From the NCBI GenBank assembly GCA_964035545.1, contig OZ037769.1:14910633-14974632 (forward strand): DNA of 64,000 nucleotides. The letters run 5' to 3'. Position 1 is the stretch's first letter, and each line of letters opens with the position of its first letter. Source of the DNA: Bugula neritina (lineage: Eukaryota; Animalia; Bryozoa). The notes beneath the pieces are model-generated. The model did no database searches. It had not been told where the DNA came from and was given only the letters and a program-made list of their open reading frames with translations. The position numbers and the translations under genes are program-made. Positions 59,360 through 64,000 of the stretch are shown here, piece by piece.

Positions 59360-61470
59360 CAGTTACATAATCTACTAACAGTATAAATCACGCCACGTTT
59401 GAACTGCAACTTCCATGTGTCATATAAAAATATCAAAAGTTATGAATAACCTTACAAAAGTTAGCTAGCTCATTTGTAAATCTAAAGACTTACTTTGAAT
59501 GGTTAGTTCTAAATATTTATATATGGCCATGGTAGTTGATATAATTATTGGTAGTACTCTAACTCAAATTGTTACAGCAAAACATAATAATATACATTAC
59601 TTTGGTCTAACTATAAACTTAATATACTATAGATTAGAGCTGTGCTGCAATATTTCATGCTTTTCATATTGTGTAACAAATCGTGCTATAATTGATTCTT
59701 TATCAGACTAAACTACAGTTATTGTGTTTAGATAAATGAAAATAGCTTAAGTTCATGCTGTATTATGTAATTCTCAGTGCAATAAAAGGAGAGGCTAGCA
59801 GTTAAATAATGCTTTCTACTTGAAAAAAGTCAAGAACTTAGGGTAGATTTAAGCACTCCTGATCTGTTGTTTATTTTGTATTGTATAAAAGTAAATTTCT
59901 AAATTAATGCCATTAGTTTTATACATCATTAGCTCTACATGTGATAGAGATGTACCCTGTATTAACAACCCTAATATGGATGGAAACTCACCAAACTGGA
60001 AAGCAGCTTAGTTTGATGTTTACAATAGCTATGAATGCAGCTACTATAACAGCAGTAATTTTATTCATTTAAGTTATGTTGCAGCAGTAGCAACAGTCAA
60101 GGTAAGTGTGTTAGTTTACTTTTTAAGTAAAGGGGAGACAGGTAAAAGGTTTCACATGCGACTAATTTTTAAAAAGCAGTTGGGTTGAAAACTTTGAGAG
60201 TTTCGGTAGTTTGATAACAGCTTGTTCTATACGGCATAAAGTGAGTTCAGGATATTCAACTTTTGAACAACAAAGATAGTTGTAGTTCCTTGCAAAAGTG
60301 AGAGACACAAGCTGCCTAGCTTAACTTCATCCAGGTTCAAAGCTGAGGAAAGCTAAAACGCATTGAGTTTACACAGTGATGAATTTGAGCAGTAACATGC
60401 TTTAAGAGGTGAAACAGTATTTAGCTGATATATCAATGATGAAATGATCAATAACCCAAAACTAATTTTCAAGTAAGCACTTCAAATGCATGGAATTTTT
60501 AAGAGATAGCAAAGTGATACTGCTGTATGTTCTTATGATAATATATAAAGTTAGCTATAGAATTATATTGAAGGAATTGCTATGCATATGGCAATAAAGT
60601 TATAGCACAAATATATGTATAAAAGAGATCGCGTTATTAATGGGAAATCTTGCTTTAGTTTAGTTTTTAATAGATAATGAAATAAGTTACAGTTTTTTTA
60701 TGTCATTAGACAGGTATAGTTGTATTTAAAAGCAATATAAATTATTAACCATCCTGTTATGTTATCTTTGAAGTGGATCTACTTCAATCACATCATCTAT
60801 TCTCTCCCCTAGTGATAAGTTATCTGCAGTACACTTTAAATACATGCTGTAGCTTGTGTGTCTATAACTGCTTTGTATTTTGGGTTGCCATCTCTATATG
60901 TTAGGTAATAGATTTGTAAAATTCAGAATTACATAATTCATATATTATCTAAAAATAAGTTATTTTTCAATAGTGATAAGGTTAATCATAGAAACAAGGT
61001 AAGTTCAAGTCTTAGTGTTTAAATTAACAAATTATTAATTTAATAGCATCATTTTCTCTAAGTAATGTATTAGAAAATATTTTTAACAAAGATCTAATTT
61101 TGCATAGCTGTGCAGTGTATTGCCAAAAGTGTATCTATAATAGATGATGCATAATAATAGATATATCAACATATGCGTGTTTACGTTTTATATTTGAATT
61201 ATACTTTAAAAATTATACTAGTTATCATAATATAATAGTAGCAATGCTAAATTTACTTTCTGTAGTTGGCAATTTAGGATTTCAAGTGCTAAAGTAATAA
61301 AATGAAATGTATTTAAAAAATACATGCATGAATTTTTTAATAGGTATCGAAATCAAACGGTGCTATAATATTATAAGAAGCTTATGTCTATATATATATA
61401 TACTAAAAATACTTAACTGCGTCTAAACTATATTATATATTATAACATATTTTATTGAGTCAGGTTTAAA

Positions 61471-63694
61471 ATGGTAGCTCCAATGAGTCGCAACTGCATG
61501 CCTTCAAAAACAACCAAGGATGGAGGATATTCCTGGGTTGTCATGGTAACGTCTTGTCTCTCTCATTTCTCACACATCGGGTTTAGCCTCGGAGTTGCTG
61601 GTAACTTGACAATAGCCCACCAAGAGTTCTTTAATGTGGATCTCCAACAAGGAAGTTTGATTGGAACTATACATATTGGCTTAGTGTATATGCTGGGTAT
61701 GGAATTCATTTGAAAAGATAATTTTTGTATCTGAAACAACATCTAAAGTGAATGAAAACTTTATGGTAAAGAGATTAAAAACATTAACCCAATGTAGTAG
61801 TCTAGTTTAATGTACAGTGTCCGCATTGTGCCACAATGTACATAGCTGCATGTTCCATAAATATTTATGAGAAAAAATATAATTATTTTTATATAATTAA
61901 GCAGCATGTACACACATTGGTAACTTTCAATTTATAAAAAGCATTAGCTGTAAAAGAAAGATTTAAGTTATTATATAGTATACTATGATGAAAATTTATT
62001 CACCGTCATGTCATATATATAAGTCTTTTACTTTAGCTCCAATACCATCTGTGATGGTGCGGAAGTTGGGCTGCAGAGTAACAGAGCTGATTGGTGGAGC
62101 CTGTGTTATAACTGGAGTTGGTCTTTCAGCTTTCTCTACAGAGCTCTGGCATGCAATTCTCCTCTACAGTATTCTAGCAGGTAAAAAGTGCTTTGAACAT
62201 TGTTATATATAGCGTGATGGCAAGATTTAGCCTACAGTAAACAGGAAATTGGTATTTTTATCAAAGAAAATTATTTACCAAATTAACATTATACTTATAT
62301 AACAGTGAAAGTTATGCATGGTAAAACTTCTATTTCACTAGAACTATAATTTATTAGTTTGTTTATTGAGTTTGAAAGTGTTGAAATTAAATTTATAGTA
62401 TATTTATGAATGTCAGTTATAAGATAATGAAATATTTTAGGAGCTGGTGTGTCCTGCTGTTACATAGCCACATCTCAGATATTAGCCGTCTACTTTGACA
62501 AATACAAATACTTAGCCTTCTCCCTAGCAATGTTGGGAAACTATGTGGGCACTGTAGTATGGCCAGTTCTTTCACAGCACTTATTGAATAAGTTTGGCTA
62601 CTCACAGGCTATGGCAATCATGGCCAGTGCACATGTACTGCACATCATTGCTGGAATAACCTTTATAGAGCCAAAGGCAAGTGAACTGTCAGGTAAGTAT
62701 TGAAAATTAGTTATTTTTAATCCTAATTTAACTATACTAATTAATGTGGTAAAAGCAATACACATAATATATATATTAAAACTCAAATATTTTTAAACTG
62801 CGATAGATGCAAACGGATTGTGTTTAATTGGTTATATATACACATATAACAAGGTGTCCCTTACATAGCTTCTATAAAATATCAATTCATTTGTTTTTTA
62901 TCTGCAAAACTGTTTAACATTATTTTAGTGTAGTGCTATATTAAAATTTTCGCAAAAAAGCACATTATATTGAAACAATAATCAAAAACTATTCATGCTT
63001 TCAACATATTATTATGTGATTGGTGCAACAAAATTTATTATAACTTATTTATAGTAACTCTGCCCATGCAGAAGTTTACATGCTATGTAAATTCAGTTTA
63101 TTTAAAAAAAACTATAATTCAAGCAACTGCAGGCCAATTTTGTAGAAGCTTTTATTGATAAAGAAAAGTCAGAAATGGAAACAGTAGCAAAGGGTGAAGA
63201 TACTGAAGGATGTGACAATCCTAGCTTCACCAAAGATGAGGTTTCTGTTTAAACTATATTAGCACTCATCATAACAAGAATATCTGTCAACCTTACAAAT
63301 AGTTTCACTATATAGCCTTACTACATATAATAGAAATATTACAGTTGATAGCGTGTATATATGGTAATTATTTTATCATAGTAATAAAACAGATAGTATG
63401 CTTACAGCTGAAGTAGATAACATAAAATTGACATTACATAACTTATTCAAAATTACTTTAGATAAGATTTGCTCAGCTATCTGTACAAATGTGAATATAA
63501 TGAAATGTATTACTGTTGCTAGAATACCCTGTAGTCTACACTATATAGATGTGCATATGTGCTTGTAGACGGGAGAAAAATTAGAAGACATAAAACAAGA
63601 AAAAGATGAAGAAATAAGGGAGGGCGAGTCAGAGCGTGATGAAGTCACACCTAACCTGAGAAACGAGTTTATTGGGCTTCTCAAGTCTGTTCAA
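61471..63694 (+). CDS. SLC16/MCT-family MFS transporter, paralog G (exons 1-5; continues beyond right edge)
   Basis: Exons 61471-61696, 62037-62180, 62441-62692, 63146-63240, 63569-63694. Motifs DGGYSW, KLGCR and YFDKYKYLA; intron phases conserved. Confidence 0.85.
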
Positions 63695-63929
63695 GTAAAT
63701 GTGAATTGAATATTTCAAGTCACAAATGATTATTGTATAATGAGAGAATTTCGTGGTAGCGTGACAAGTATTTTTCAATGCTTTTTTATAAACTTTATCA
63801 GATTCAATTAAGCTAATGTCATATTAAGTCTAGTTATAAAATTTAGAGAACAGTAAATAAAATAATTACTTTTTATAACACTACATTTAATTGATGAAAA
63901 AAAGCTCCTGAAATTTTATATAGAAAGAG

Positions 63930-64000
63930 CCCCTGATTGAAAGAGATTTTTTAATTAGACTAATGAGACTTATTCAGATGAGGCACAGGAGTAATTATGA
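63930..64000 (-). mobile_element. 3' part of a tRNA-Thr-derived SINE copy (cut by the window edge)
   Basis: cccctgattgaaagagattttt...gacttattcagatgaggcacaggagtaattatga matches the family body at 29009-29080 and 30080-30116. Confidence 0.6.

Noticed and set aside
60131-60810. AGGGGAGA...TCTCCCCT possible TIR element
   Set aside because: The inverted match is only ~8 bp, with no convincing TSD or coding remnant.

Overview
This window is AT-rich eukaryotic (invertebrate-type animal) genomic DNA, not prokaryotic. It is dominated by a tandem array of spliced SLC16/MCT-family (major facilitator superfamily, 12-TM) transporter genes, labelled A-G here. B-F are complete and share a 9-coding-exon structure with GT-AG sites and conserved intron phases (about 459-516 aa). 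G runs off the right edge, and A is an inverted, head-to-head copy of B running off the left edge. At least four pseudogene relics of the same family lie between the intact genes. Introns and spacers carry a 5'-truncated LINE RT, a tRNA-Thr-derived SINE family, several non-autonomous TIR transposons (piggyBac-, Kolobok- and Sola-like ends), a U2 snRNA 5' fragment, and long (TA)n and (TG)n repeats. The most notable findings are: (i) a minimal hammerhead-ribozyme motif of the Penelope-element type at an insertion breakpoint (3191-3230); (ii) all five complete paralogs lack the TM8 carboxylate-binding Asp/Arg pair of classical MCTs, carry His motifs in TM1/TM6, and differ by charge swaps in TM8/10/11, suggesting a diversified transporter repertoire for non-canonical substrates; (iii) mosaic (gene-conversion-like) paralog structure and a candidate paralog-specific loop exon. 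All exon models were read by eye and need RNA-seq confirmation.
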